This document shows positions 1 to 13,859 of a DNA stretch of 64,000 nucleotides, one piece after another. The position numbers and the translations under genes are program-made. Source of the stretch: Vicugna vicugna (Eukaryota); contig MU058781.1 in NCBI GenBank assembly GCA_013265495.1, positions 1,654,963-1,718,962 on the forward strand, read 5' to 3'. The notes under the pieces are model-generated. The model worked only from the letters and a program-made list of their open reading frames with translations, was not told where the DNA came from and searched no databases. Position 1 is the first letter of the stretch. Every line of letters starts with the position of its first letter.

Positions 1-1795
1 ATGTATGAATGTAAAGAACTATAAAAGATCATGATCAAATTTTAACCCTAAACTCAAAACTAGTTTCACATGGTTGTAATTTTAAAAACGGACCCTTCTT
101 GCTTTATTTTTCTTCATAGCATAAATCACCTTGAATATACTATGTAATCAATTATTCTTTTTGTTTATTGTTTGCTTTCCCCTTCATCCCCACTAAATTA
201 TGATCTTCACAGGGCAGGGATGTCATGTGATTTGTTCATTGTTGTTTTCATAAAAGTAGAAGAGTACCTGACACATAGTGGGCATTCAGTAAACATTTGT
301 TGAATGAATGAATGATATAGATTCTGCCCTTTAGAACGGGAATTTGCATTTTGCTAGAACAATATACACTTGTTTGATTCACTTTTATTTTTACAAAGAT
401 ATTCCTAATCAATTGCTTCTTAGATTTGCTTTTCTGGGCAACTGCTTTGCATTAGAAGCATTTAATTTTTTTTAATTTACAATATTTATTTTCACTTTTT
501 CAAATAGAAGTCAGTTGGAAAAAAGTGGAAGACACAGGCAAGTTGAAAAGGAGAAAACAAATATTATCCTCCTCTGTTTACTATTTCATATTTTGCTGAA
601 TTTCTTTCCATTTTATTTTTTTTTAATTTTGCTATAAAATAAAAGCTGACATCACTGAAGAAGCCAGTTCCAGAAACAGTTTCCACTCTAAAGCAAGGAA
701 ACTACTTCATAGCATCATGTAAAGAGATTTTCCACTTAAGCAAGAATATGTGTGGATGAGTTGCTTTTTGACATGTTCGCAGCTTGTAGCTTTTCACCAG
801 ATCAAGGATGTCTGAGCGACTCAGTGACACACAACAGCATCTTGGCTAAGTGCCATCCCAGGACTGGGACCCTCTTCACTGACCTCAGAGACGTCCCAGA
901 AGCTGCAGGCATAAGCCAGGGAGGGCTCCTATCTGGGAGATCAAAAGACATTGAACCCAAAACACTCGATTGGAACTTCAGGGACAAAACATCCCTGTGG
1001 ATGACTTTGACTGTCTTGAAGGGCCACAGGGCACGGTTGGGAACCTGAGATCTGGCCTGTCTGTCAAGAAGCAGCTACTTCACTGTGTTACGTTTACGCA
1101 AACTCTCCAGTTCACTACGTACCTTTCACAAATAAGTCCAGAGAGTCTGCCCTGCTTCAGCGGAAGTCATAAATTATATCACCTCAAGTGTGTTTGCTTC
1201 TGTCAAGTGAATTTGTGGAACTGATTTTTATCAATGTTTCTAGGTCCAGCAACTTTGTTTATATGTTTTATTCACTGACTTAGAAGATTCTACTGTAATA
1301 TGATATCTCATCAAGTTCCTGCCCAAAATGAAGTTCAAAAGCTCTGAAATAAACATTTTAAAATACTGGAGAGACATTATAAAGACAAGTGACCATGGAA
1401 ATTCTAATTTTCATTCCCAGCTCTTTTCATTTCTTAAAATGCGTATTTCTTGATTTGGGTCACAATGGGACATTTGGTGGAGGTTTTGTTTAAAAAAAAA
1501 AACAAAGCTCAGGAAATCAATTCAGCTTTTTAAAGCACAGGAGGTAAATGTAAGCTTCACATTTTAAAACACCACACAAGTCTTTGATAAGTATAATTTT
1601 TAATCAGTTTCATACAGAAATATTTTAAAGAGAAAGGAGTTTGTTCTCTTAAGCTTACTAGTTATAAATGAAAAATTAGTCCACTTCACTAGATATTTTG
1701 ACAACAATGCATGCTCATTTTTTAAAATTGAAGTATAGTCAGTGTGAGTGTGCAGGAGAAAGGAAAGAGGAAATGGAATCAAAGATCAAAGAACT

Positions 1796-1930
1796 GGTGG
1801 GGGTAAGGTATAGCTTAGTGGTAGAGCACATGCTTAGCATGCACAAGATCCTGGGTTCAATCCCCAGTATCGACACTGAAAGAATAAATTAAAAAAAAAA
1901 ATTACCTGCCCCCAAAAGATTTTTTTAAAA
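1796..1930 (+). mobile_element. tRNA-derived SINE (camelid type) with TSD ATCAAAGAACT
   Basis: A box TAGCTTAGTGG, B box GGTTCAATCC, A-rich tail; TSD at 1785-1795 and 1931-1941. Confidence 0.9.
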
Positions 1931-2739
1931 ATCAAAGAACTAATACAAGAGTAGTACAGAACTGAAGGGCACTGGTTTGCAGATTCAAGGAGCCCCCCAA
2001 ATGCTTCGTGAAAGAACAGGGAGAACCCACAGGAAGACACAGCACTGTGAAAGTACAAAACCCTAGTGAACACAGAAGATTCTAAAGGCTTCCAAAAAGA
2101 CAAAGCAGGTCAAACATCTATGGTTAGTAGTCACAGTGGAGGCTGATGCTGGAAACTGGGAAAATATCCAAGTAAACAAAAATCTACTGGAAATGAAGAG
2201 ATGATGAATTCAGTGGCTCCCCATTTTCACACCTCAACAAACACAATTCCAGATTTTTAACTTTGTAGCAACCTGAATTATATTGACAGTCCTCAATTTT
2301 CACATTCACTGTGTAGATATGCTAGAAGCCAAATGATAAATGGTGGCAGAGGATTATCATTGGATTTGATCAGTGGGTATCATTCTCTTGCTGGGTCATT
2401 TTAGGAGAAAGTTGTAGCATCAAAATGTTCGGATCTCTATGTGTATCTCTGCTTTTTGCACCACCAAGATGGGATAAGACACTGAGTGATCCACAGTGTG
2501 TGACCTTAGTTAATACTCCTTCCAGAAACCTAAATAGCTTTATTTTTCTTTAAATGTCTTGGAGTAACCCCAAAATGGATATCCATCTTCAAGAATGTAG
2601 CGGTTTCTCACCAAAACACTTTTCAGTAGGATTAAAGGACTTCCTTTTAGACTATTTGCTGCTCTCCAAAGTTGTTTCATTTCTAGGGAAATATTCATAG
2701 TGGCTACTGTTTTATTCTGAGAAATGTGAAAAATTTATT

Positions 2740-4770
2740 TTCTAAAAATTTAAGGCAAATTTTGCATACATTGAAGTGTCAGATCTTAAGCATACAATTA
2801 ATTGGGTTTTTATAAATGTGTACACCTGTGTTATGACCACCCAGATCAAGATACAGTACATTCCTATCACCCTAGAAAGACCTCTTGTGTCCCTGACCAG
2901 CCAATCTCTACTCCCTTTCCCCACAGACAAAACTTATTTGACTTCTATTATCATAAATTACTTTTGTCTGTTCTTGAACTTCATGTAATCGGAATCATAG
3001 AGGATTTAATCTCTTATGGTCCACCTCTTTTGCTCAGCATAACATTTTGAAATTCATCTGTGTTGTCATGTTTATCTGTAGTTCACTTTTGAAATTATGA
3101 AATAGTCCATCATATGACTTTACTATCATTTATTTATTCATCTTCCCATTGGTTGACTTTGATTGATATTAATAAAGCTGCTGTGATGATTCCTGTACAT
3201 ATCTTTTTAATGAAAATATGTTTTCATTTCTTTTGGGTAAATACCCAGGAATGAAATTGCTGGATCATAAGGAAGGTGTATGTTGAACTTTAAAAGGAAC
3301 TGCCAAATGGTTTTCCAGAGTAGCTATACCATTTAACTATTCTACCAGAAATGTATGAGTTTCAAGTTTGCTCTATATCATTGCTAACATTTAGTATTGT
3401 CTGTTTTTAAAACAAAAACAAAAACAAAAACAAAAACAGCCATTCTACTGATTGCAAAATTTCTCATTTGGTTTTAATTTACATTTCCCCGATGACCAAT
3501 AATTTTAAGCGTCTTTTCATGTATATGTTAGCCATAGCCATTCTTAGGTTTTCTTTTGTGAAGTGCCTATTCAAGTTTTTTGGTAATTTTTTTTTGTCTT
3601 CTTGTTAATGATCAGTTTAAGTCCTTTATATACTCTACATACACGTTCTTTGTCAGATACATGTTTTGCAAATATTTTCTCTTTGTGGCTTGCTTTCTCA
3701 TTTTCTTAATGATGACATTTGATGGGCAGAAGCTTTAGCTTTGGATGATGTCCTGTTTATCAGTTTTTTGCTTTAATAGTTAATGCTTTTCACGTTCTAA
3801 GAAATCTTTGCCCTCTGCAAGGTCACAAAGATATTCTCTTATGCTTTCTTCTTGAAACTTTATAGTTTTAGCTTTTACATGTAGGTCTATTATCCATGAT
3901 AAGTTAATTTTTGTGTGTCATGTGATGTAAGGGTTAAGTTTCATTTTTTCCTCCAGGTGATTATGAAGTGAATTACGTTAATTTTTTTAAATGTTAATTC
4001 AAACTTATAAACCCCACTTGAAAATGATGTATTCAATTTAATAATATTTTGGTAATGATTTTTCAATTATGTTCATGAAAGATACTACTCTGAATTCTTT
4101 TCTTTTGTAGTGTTTTGTCAAATGTTCATATTAGGGCTGTGCTAGACTTGGGAAAACAGTTGGAAAGTGTCCTCTCCTCTTATTTCCTGGAAGAATTTAG
4201 GTGGAGCAATACCATTTTTTTTTAAACATTTGAGAGCATTCAACAGTGAAGTTATCTAGGCCTGGAGTTTCCTTTGTAGGAAGGTTTTTAATCACAAGTT
4301 CATCTTTTTAAAATAATTATAGGGTAATTCATAATTTTATTTCATTTTGCATCACTTTGATATGTTTCTTTCAAGGAATTTTCTCATTACATCTCAGTTT
4401 TCTAATGTATTATCTTCCAGTTGTTCATATTATTTCCCTTTATCCTTTTGATGCCCATAGGATGTGTCTTTATTGTGTCTTGAAAAACACTTCTGCTGGA
4501 TAGAGAGCTCTGGGCTGACATGTTTTGTTTTGTTTTGTTTCTCGTTCAGAAAGTTGAAGGTGTGACTCTGTCCTCTTATTTCTGATGAGAAGTCGGGAGT
4601 TAATGCCTGTCACTTTCTCTCATTTTGTCTAACGATTTTAAGATTCTTCTCTTTATTTTTGATCCTTCAGCTGTTTGACCATGATGAGCCTAGCTATGAT
4701 TTTCTTTGTACTTATCATTTTTGAGAGGTACTGAGCTTTTCGAACCTGTTGCTGTTTTCTTACCTGTTTG
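2740..4770 (-). mobile_element. Old L1 (L1M) fragments
   Basis: Degenerate L1 3' UTR and ORF2 motifs (gggtaaatacccagga, aactgccaaa, tttgcaaatattttctc). Confidence 0.8.
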
Positions 4771-5125
4771 GGGAAATTTAATAGAATGCCGATTTTTGTT
4801 TTAAGTAGTCGATTATATTACTAATTTATGGATACTTGGTATTGCTTTTAAGGATAGGTTTGTTTTAGTTTTGCCATTAGTTTTAGGCAATTCTTTGGAC
4901 CTAGGATATAACCTTACTCCCCAGGGCCCCTTCTGCAGGTTTGGATGGAAAGCCTACCGGTGATTGCCAGGCCCTTCCAGCTCGGTGAGACTAAGTTCCA
5001 CGTTTGGTCTCCCTTGCAGCCAGCAGCCGGCAGAGATGAGAGGGTTGCTCTGCTTCTGCAGGTTTTCCAGCTGTTGCTTTAACAGTCTTCTTGGAGTCTC
5101 CTCTATGCAAGCACAGGTCAGGGAT

Positions 5126-5643
5126 TGTTACGGAATCCAAACTTGTTCTGCTTACTACATGGCAGGCAAATAAATCGGGAGACAAGGTGTTGGGGCAAGG
5201 AATAACGATTTTATTCAGAAAGCCAGCAAACCAAGAAGACGGCAGACTGATGTTCTGGAGAACCATCTTCCCCAAGTCAGAATCCAGGCTCCTTTTATTC
5301 TAAAAGGGAAGGGGGTGTGGTTGGTTGTTGCAAACTTCTTGGTGTCGATATCCATTGTTCTTGCAGCTGTCCACGTAGGTCAGGCCACCATGTTCCTGTA
5401 AACCTCCAACAAGATACATGCTATTCCCTGTTTTGCAATCTTTTATCTCTGTATGAGTGGAAAAGTGTTAGACCCTTGGAGTCAGAGCCTTGAGAATGGG
5501 CTCTCCTGTATATTTCAGGCTCTAGGCAACATTCTTTTACAAAAGGTGCAGATCTAGCACGACTGAGCCCAGGAAACTGAGCCCAGGGATAGAGCTAATG
5601 GAACAGATCCAACATGGAGTCAGCTTTGTTCTTCTCTGTTACA
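5126..5643 (-). mobile_element. ERV1-type solo LTR (MER41-like), copy 1
   Basis: TG...CA ends; clearly homologous to 9548-10062 and 16566-17099; minus-strand AATAAA; no clear TSD. Confidence 0.8.
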
Positions 5644-6839
5644 GCGCCAGCCAAGAACTTGAAGTGAGTTTGTGCCCAGATCTGGGGCTTCTCTGTTGCT
5701 CCCTCTTTTCCAAGATTACTCCCTCAATTTCCAGCTGCTCTGGCGGCCCCAGACTCCATGCCCTGACAAGCCAGAAACACTGCAGGGTTCTGCCCCAGTC
5801 CTAGCTGCTCCGCCTCACGTGGATTGGGACGTGCCCTTTCTACAGGAGAAGCTGTATAAACATGGACCTCAGCCATCACGATTCCCTTCCTGCAAGGGTC
5901 CAGTCCCCTCTGATTTCTACCTGACTTCGGGGATTTTTTCCAGGGCCTTCCAATAGTTAAACTTTATATTTGTCTAGTGTTTATAACTGTCACCTGAAGG
6001 AAGTTTGGTTCAGTATCAGCTATGCCCCCATTTCGAGAACTAGAAATTTAACAATTTACTTTTGAGAATTGATACTTCAGATATTGCCAGAGCAATATTT
6101 TATGACCCTCAATATTTCTATTTCTATTTTGATGGATTGACATGCCGCTATGTAACGGCAAAATGGCAAAATATGCGTTCTGAGCCTCAGCAGAACGTCG
6201 AGATTTGCAGTGGTGTAGTAGAATCATCATTTGGGGGATTCCCTCTTATACACCCTCATCTTGTGCTTTGCATACATTGTTTCATCCTCAGATAATCAAT
6301 TTTTCAGCGGTTAAACCTTAATTGACGTTTCTTCCAATTCTCCTTACAGGATGGAGTGTTGAAAACTGTGTCTATTTTTAAACTACCAGCATATCCCTTA
6401 TCAAACTTGGCAGCATATCCTTCAGCACATGATTACTATCAAGGCGATGGCTGACCTAGCAGCTTTATGGCTCTTTAAGACCACATTTCACATTTGAGCA
6501 TTTCGTTTCCTAGGAAGATAAGCATTATTGAAGATGTCATGACATGGCCTCCAAAGAACTTCCAGGTGACAATATTTCATAAGCCTAAAATCAGTTGAGA
6601 ACCTCTAAACTTTTTAGTATGTAAGATCAGCAATAAGATAGTGAGAAATAGAACAAGGAAAAGCTAACACTTGCATATATGGTGTTCTATTCAAAATATC
6701 TTTCAAAAAGTGTCTTTTGGTGTTCCAAACAGAGGGGTTAGTGGGCCCATGATTGCTGCTGTGTTATGTTCATGAGTCATGGTACTTCATGCTTGAATAG
6801 CATTTTACAACCTACTAATGCCACGTTGTATTATATGCT

Positions 6840-7790
6840 GATGATTCCACCCTGAACTCTAGACTTGTGAATCCTCCAAGCCTACTCAATACCTGACTTA
6901 GAAATCCAATAGTTTGAACTTAACATGTTCAGACTGAGCTCCTGCTACTCTTTCCCTGCCCCACTTCCCTAAAATGTCCCCCCTTCATCCGTCCCCATCT
7001 CAGTTGATGGCAACACCATGATTTCAGCTGCTCAGATCAAGTGTTTGATGTGTCATCCCTGAACCTTCTCCCTCCCATTCTCCAAGTTAACAAACCCATA
7101 GACTTTACCTTCATAATATGTTCTAAGCCCACCATGTCTCACCACCCCTGTTGCTCACAACCTTGGTCCGAGCTGCCATCATCCCTCACCTGTATTATTA
7201 TAATAACCACCTAAGTAGCCTCCCTGTATCTATACTTTTCCCTTCCCAGTCTGTTCCCAACACATCAGCCAGAGTGATTCTGCTAAAACACACACATCAG
7301 GGCCAACCCCTCTGCTCAGAAGCCTCCAGTGTTTTCCTGTGTCACTCCAAATGAAAGGCACAGCTCTCATTAAGACCTACAGAGCCCTACGTGATGTTTG
7401 CTATTGTCCCCTAACTTACCCAGTTGCAGAAAACTGACACTTCTAACCACCCTGAACACTGGCTGTTCCTTCTGCCTACAATACTCTTACCCCTTACACC
7501 CACATGGCCCGCTTTTGCATTTTCTTCAGATTTTGAACCAAAGGTAACATTTTAGTGAGGCGTTCCCTGGACTCTATCTAAATTTGAACTCTTCCTCCCA
7601 ACATATACTTTCCAATTCCTCTAGCCTGTTTTATTTTCTTCCTTAGCACGTATCTCTGTTGAGATCTTGTGCATTGTTCATCTGCATAACTAGAATGTAA
7701 ACCCAGTGAGTACGGGGATTAGGTGTTCTCTGCCCTGCTTGTCTAGCACACCGTAGGAGCTCCAAACTTATTTGCTGAATGACTAATACA
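6840..7790 (+). mobile_element. L2 LINE 3' fragment
   Basis: Degenerate L2 motifs (cccatctcagttgatggcaac, gccagagtgattc), ending tttgctgaatga. Confidence 0.7.
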
Positions 7791-8153
7791 GAGTATTTTC
7801 ATACATATTGCCAGAGCTGATCCTTACAGCAGTGCTATCTCCCTGGTTCTGATGAGGAAAGTATGTTCAGGATGGTTACATGACTTAACCTAAGGCACAG
7901 AGTCAACTGCAAAGATAATAATCATACACAAGATTTCTGATTCTGGATTCAGAGATATTTCCAGGGCACTACTCTGTCACTCCCCAAAGTCGAGACCAGT
8001 GCGACTCATAGATCACCTGAATCCAAAGAATAAAGGTGAGCATTGTTTTTATAAACCAATAGGAGCAGGATTTTTAGGTGTCATTATTTCTATGCTGTTA
8101 TAATATTTCCTGTGAATTAGTAATACAGATTTTTGTTAAATTGAAATGAGATT

Positions 8154-8280
8154 CTTTTTAAAAATTGGGGGGGAATGGTAATTAGGGTTATTTATTTATT
8201 TTAGTGGAGGTACTGGGGATTGAACCCAGGACCTGGTGTATGCTAAGCAAGCACTCTACCATTGAGCTATACCCTCGCCT
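8154..8280 (-). mobile_element. tRNA-derived SINE
   Basis: Reverse complement of the same SINE consensus. Confidence 0.88.
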
Positions 8281-9342
8281 GAGGAGAGATTTATATTATA
8301 TCAATTAACCATTTTTAATGAGTAATTTGGTGGCATTTAATACACTCATAATGTTGTATAACCACAATCTCTGGTAATATAGAATTCTTGGATTATAAAC
8401 TTACTGATATATATATATATATATATATTTAAATCCCTACGGGCACTCTGCTCAGTACAGACAGGTGTTCATTAAATCAGCTGTCACCATAAACATACAT
8501 GTTTATATGTGTTTAGGAGTGTGATATGACTCCTAGAAATAATAATGATCTGTTAGATCAAATTAATAGAGTTACAAAGCTCAGTTCTTGGAAATGGTAG
8601 TCTTGCTACTTGTGCTAGTCACCGAGAATAATGTGTTCCCCTCTGGCAGGCTCACATTAAGATAGAGATCTTTTAATTGGGTACAAACAAATTAGGGTAG
8701 ACTCTGGCAACCATAATTTAGGAGATATTAAAGTATTTAGCCTAGATTAGAAATGACTACCAGGAGATAAGAACACTATATTAGATAGCCAGAGGTAGAG
8801 GATGAGGAACAGAAATTTTTGTGTCCAGAAGACAAATTTGGGACAAATGGATGTCTTCCCATATAGGGCTGATTTCAGCCTAGCATTAGTAACATTTTCT
8901 TGAATTTCTCATAATTTGAGCTATTTAGCAATAGAATGAGCTACCTGCCTCTCTGGGTCTGTTAACTAATTATACAAATGTTTATTGAATTCCTACTATA
9001 TGCCAGCTACTGGGAGTAAGTATTGAATCAGAAGTCATGGACCTGCTGTAATAGAACTTACATTCTAGTGGGGCAGAGAAACAAGTGAAAAAAATTTAAT
9101 TTCCACAAAGAAAATGAAATGTCCATGAAGAAAATGAAGCAGAGCACTCCAACAGGGAGAAGAGGGTAGAAAGGATGCTGGGCAAGAATAGATGGGGTGT
9201 CGGGGAAAGCCCCTGTGAAGGTCACATTTGAGCTAAGACCTGAAACACTGGAAGAACCAGCCATGTCAGTATCTCAGTGAAGGGTGTTCCAGGCAGTCAG
9301 TACAGCAAGTGGAGGGGTTGGAGGGCCTTTGGCCGGCACGCT

Positions 9343-10333
9343 GTGATGGTTCAAATATATGTGTCCACTAGATTAGACCCTGGTGCCCAGCTGTTTGGTT
9401 AAACACTAACCTGGATGAGCTGTGAAAGTAGTCTGTAGATGTGATTAACAATTGACTTTAAATAGACTACCCTCCACAATGTGGATGGGCCTCACCCAAT
9501 CGATTGAGGGCCTTTAGAGCAAAAAGTGGTTTTCCCCAGGGAAGAAGTATTACTGAGTCCAAGATGGTACTGCTCGCCACATGACAGGCCGAGAAATCAA
9601 GAGACAAGTTGTTAAGGCAAGTAATATGACTTTACTCAGAAAGCCGGCAGACTGAGAAGATGGTGGACTAATGTCCCAAAGAACCATTTTACCAGAGTTA
9701 GAATTCAGGCTTGTTTTATACTAAAAGAAGAGGGGGTGTGGCTGGTTGTTGCCAATTTCTTGGTGTAAGAATCCTTTGTTCTTGCAGCTCTGCATGTAGG
9801 TCCAGTCGGTCATGATGTTCCCATAAACTCTAACAAGGCAGAGATTATTTTTTCTTCAGCAGCTTTTTCTCTATGAATGGCAAAGTGTTATAGCTCTAAA
9901 GGTCCAGTCTGGGAGGTAGAACCTTGAGATATTTCAGGCTGTAGGCAATAGTTGTTTACAAAGGTGCAGAGCCAGCATGGCTGAGCACAGGCAACAGAGC
10001 ACAAGGGTTAGAGCTAAAAGAATAGATCCAATATGGAGTCAGGTTTGTTCTTCTCTGTTACAGAAGGAATTCTGCCTTAAGACTGTGGTATCAAATCCTG
10101 CTGAGTTTCCACTTGCCACTCTGCTCTACAGAGTTCACACTTGCCAGCCCCACAATCATGTGAGGAAATTCCGTAAAATAAATTCCTTTATGTATGTGTG
10201 TCTATATAACAAATATGTGTATGTTTCTATATGTACATATACATATGCACATTTACATAAATGTTATGTGTGCATGTTATGAGTGTGTGTGTGTGTATCC
10301 CATTGGTTCTGTTTCTCTGGAAAACTCTGATAC
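9343..10333 (+). mobile_element. MLT2-like (ERVL) solo LTR interrupted by an ERV1 LTR
   Basis: Starts TGTGATGGTT; contains CCCTCCACAATGTGGATGGGCCTCA and a TA/TG tract; ends CCATTGGTTCTGTTTCTCTGG. Confidence 0.8.
9548..10062 (-). mobile_element. ERV1-type solo LTR, copy 2, 4-bp TSD GAAG, nested in MLT2
   Basis: GAAG at 9544-9547 and 10063-10066; MLT2 sequence resumes on both sides. Confidence 0.85.
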
Positions 10334-13300
10334 CGACCCATTTCTGAGAGTTTCTGTGCTACCTGGCATGTAGTGTTTGTGATTCCACAGCTGATTGAGT
10401 GGGTGTGCAGAGTAGATTCCAATGGGTTATGGTGCCAGAATTATTTAGGGACCAAAAAAATCTATGGATGAGACTTTTAGACAATATTCCTTCTTCACAG
10501 ATATTTCTGCTGTCTGTTGAATCCTACAGTGTAGTGGGTTATCCTACCACTGCAAATGTCCAATAGAAAAATAGAGAATTCACTCCCCATTTCTACATTT
10601 TAGAATCGATTTCTTACTTAATTTAGGATTTCCCTTGGAGGACACTGAAAGAATAAGAAGTAATCATGGGAATTCAAATTATATGTATCCATTCTTGGCT
10701 GGACTAAAGTAGACATATTTATATTTTTGAGACAATTTTGTATTTAAAGTTCAAGGAGTACTCTGGAAACTCAAGGTGGAATGCCTGTTACTAGCCTGCA
10801 GCCATTTTTGATTTATGATCTATTACAAATACCTGAGAAATCACCTTGAAGTTATTTTCCTGGCATCTGCACAACTGATGCAGGTCACTGATAGCATTTG
10901 TTATTCTGTCACCACTCGCTACGCCCTTCAAGTTTAGCACATGCCTGGTATAACATTTCACAGACTCAAGACAACTTGTCCTCACTAAAGAAACAGATCT
11001 CCAGCGTCTCATTGCCATAGCTGCCAGTCGTGGGTATCACTGCAATATTTTCCACCAGCCATGCAGAGTGTAGAAGACTATCATTAGCTACCAAATAGCT
11101 AGTAGCAAAGTAAGAAGTGTAGATCACTATGATGGTTTTACCATGCCGATGAGCAGACAAGAAATCGTAAACTACATTAACTTTGCTTTCTATTAATACT
11201 TTTTTCTTCTCCCCAGAAAATATGTTTTAGTTTTTTAGTGCGTAATCTTTCCTAATCTTTTCTTTAAGATTTGACCACTTACTATTTATTTATCTGTCTA
11301 GTAGATTGTGGACTTGTATTAGTTGATAATTTTTTTAAATTGAAGTATAGTCAGTTACACTGTGTTAATTTCTGGTGTACAGCACGATGTCCAAGTCATG
11401 CATCTACATACATTTTTCTAACTTTAATTTATGCTAATGAAATTTTGTCAAAACAAACCAAGCTTCAAAGCGTGAGTTTTCTAAGCTGTGCTTTCTGTGT
11501 AGGCAGTCTGTAAGTCTGAACTTTTGTCCTGAGTGGATCATGAAAGAATGCCATGTGTGATGTGTGATGGAAATGGAGGTTTGGGATGTTGCAGTCTCAC
11601 CATCTATCTTCCTTCTGAGGATGTACCGAGTCCCGTTTTCAGAGGGCTTAGCTTGATTTGCGGATTCCAAGGTCCATGGAAAAGACTCCATGATAACAGA
11701 TTGCTGTTGCTCAGTCTGATGCATTTTTCTCCAGTCTTTTCCTCTGTGCCTTAGGTGGTTTGCTTCTAAGCAGACTTCTCAACCACATCCTGTTTTTCTG
11801 GCGTACTTTCATTCATTATTTCGGATTGTAAAGCACGTATTTCCCATGTTCCTGTACAAATCCTCCAAGTAACTTAGAACCTCTGCCCCTGAATAAGAAG
11901 GAGAGATTTCAGTTCCCCTGAAAGGAAGGAACTGCAGCCCTCAAGTCATTCCCCCAAAAGAACTGCCTTCCTCATCTTCACAGCGCACGGAAGGGCTGGG
12001 TCCAAATCCCAGCTCCCACTCAACAGCCGTGGGAACTCTAGCAGAATCCTGTCTCTACTCACTGTCTTCAGTTTTGGCTCAACTCCACACTACGCTATTC
12101 AATCCCACCTCTGCACGAGGTTACTGCAAATATTTCTAGATTTTATTATGCCCCACCTGAGTCTTTTCTTATAACTAAATATTCCTGGTCCCTTTAACCC
12201 ACCATGTGTGATGGTTAATTTTATGAGGTAACTGGCTAGGCTATGTTGTTTGGTCAAGCTTTATTCTGCAGAAACAGATTCAACGTTCACAGCTTTAATG
12301 TTTTTAACAACACTAAAATGAGCAAGGAAAGATTCTTGGAAACATTGTTGAATTTTTTTATTTATAAAATATTATAATGCATGTGATAATGCAGCCTTAC
12401 CTGCTATTTAACATGCCACTTGGCATGTCTTATTTCTCCTGTTTGCTAGAAATTTCTGGAAGGCAGGGACCACGCTTTATGCTTCTCTGTGTAATCCCCA
12501 TGGTGAGTTCTTAGCATATAGTTGGCAAATGAATATATTCCATTGAATAAATCATGTTTTTTTCAGTCATTTTTGCAGATACATGCTTTGAGGTGAACTT
12601 GGATGTTTTTTTCTTTAAAAATCACCAAAATGTAAAGTTTTTTAAGCCCCTGTTAAACCTCCCTGTTGACCATGATATTCTTGCAGTAAGGATAGAACCA
12701 CCCAAAGTGGAAAGGAATGGGCTTCTGCTTGGAAGCCAAGGGCACTGGGGCCTGAGTGCAGAGATGAGGACAGATGACTTCCGCTCATCCCTCTAGGGGC
12801 CGCAATTCTGGGTGCACTTGAATTAAGGTGGTTTTTTGTTTGTTTGTTTTTTGTTTTTTTGCTACATCTTGTCAAATGTCAGATCTTTGAAAGCATAGTG
12901 CTTGGGGTGGTTAGGAGGGGTTCAGGTGGTTTATGGAAACCTGGGTCAGTCATAGAGTCTGTTGGGTAGGCCGTCTGCAGGCAGAAGGCTTTTTCCATTG
13001 GGGGTTTTAAAACCTTGTCCTTAAGAAGCATTAGAAAAGAGAATGTTTATTTTCCACAGGCAGAGGCCTCCAGAGGCAGCCACGTGGCATTTTTACTCAG
13101 CAGCGCCCTTCGGTACATCGGCAGGGAGGGACCCAGGTGGCGGGGGGTCACAGACAGCCTTCTTCAACCTCTTCTCCCCATGCCTCGTGTTTAAAAAAAT
13201 TTATCAGACAAGCCATAGAACACAGTGCTATGTGGGTGTCTCAGCTGCCTGAGAGAGGATCAGAAGACCCAGTTCTAAAGGCCTGATTAATGGAAAATCC

Positions 13301-13528
13301 ATTACTGGTGTAGGGTCCCAAGAACACTCCTGGCTTTAACCGAGTAGCAGAGAAATAGGAATAAACAGGGTGACCATCAACTGAAGAGGTTAGTGGTAGG
13401 AACCCTGCTTGTCCAGCCAGCATGGCTGATAAGCAGAAATGTTAAAGGATGATGTTTGGCTTTTTAAAGTCTTTATTAAGTTATCTATGATTTTTATACT
13501 TTAAGGGATGATAAAAATATATTCTCTT

Positions 13529-13600
13529 AAAAAATGTGACAATGAGTGTGTATATGTCCATGAATGACTGAAAAATTGTGCTGAACACTGGAATTTGACA
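13529..13600 (+). mobile_element. 72-bp internal fragment of a young L1 3' UTR, no tail, no TSD
   Basis: 71/72 identical to the reverse complement of 39308-39379. Confidence 0.85.
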
Positions 13601-13611
13601 TTTTTAGCCTA

Positions 13612-13750
13612 AAATTTCAGATAAACAATGAATACTTTTTGTGTGTCCCTGCAATATTTGGGATATACTTAGACTCAAAGAGTACTTTTTAAATCTTAAT
13701 TCAAATTTAAGTGGGAACCCTGTATATTATTTGCTAACTCTGGCAAGCCT
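13612..13750. mobile_element. MER53-like palindromic MITE, left arm missing
   Basis: aatttcagataaacaatgaata...gtccctgcaatatttggga...aattcaaatttaa...ctggcaagcct. Confidence 0.7.
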
Positions 13751-13859
13751 ATCACCAAAGCAAATTTCACCAGAAGAAATTTGAAGCTCTCAGTGTAGTG
13801 TTTAGTCAAGCACATGGACTTTTCTTTATAGTTCGAAGTCAACTTTACATTATGCGTAG

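Noticed and set aside
752..1224. 98-aa and 84-aa ORFs in unique-looking sequence
   Set aside because: No recognisable protein similarity or exon structure; possibly a decayed old LTR, but I cannot assign it.
10791..11160. Overlapping minus-strand ORFs in non-repetitive sequence
   Set aside because: No recognisable homology in the frames I read and no convincing splice sites.
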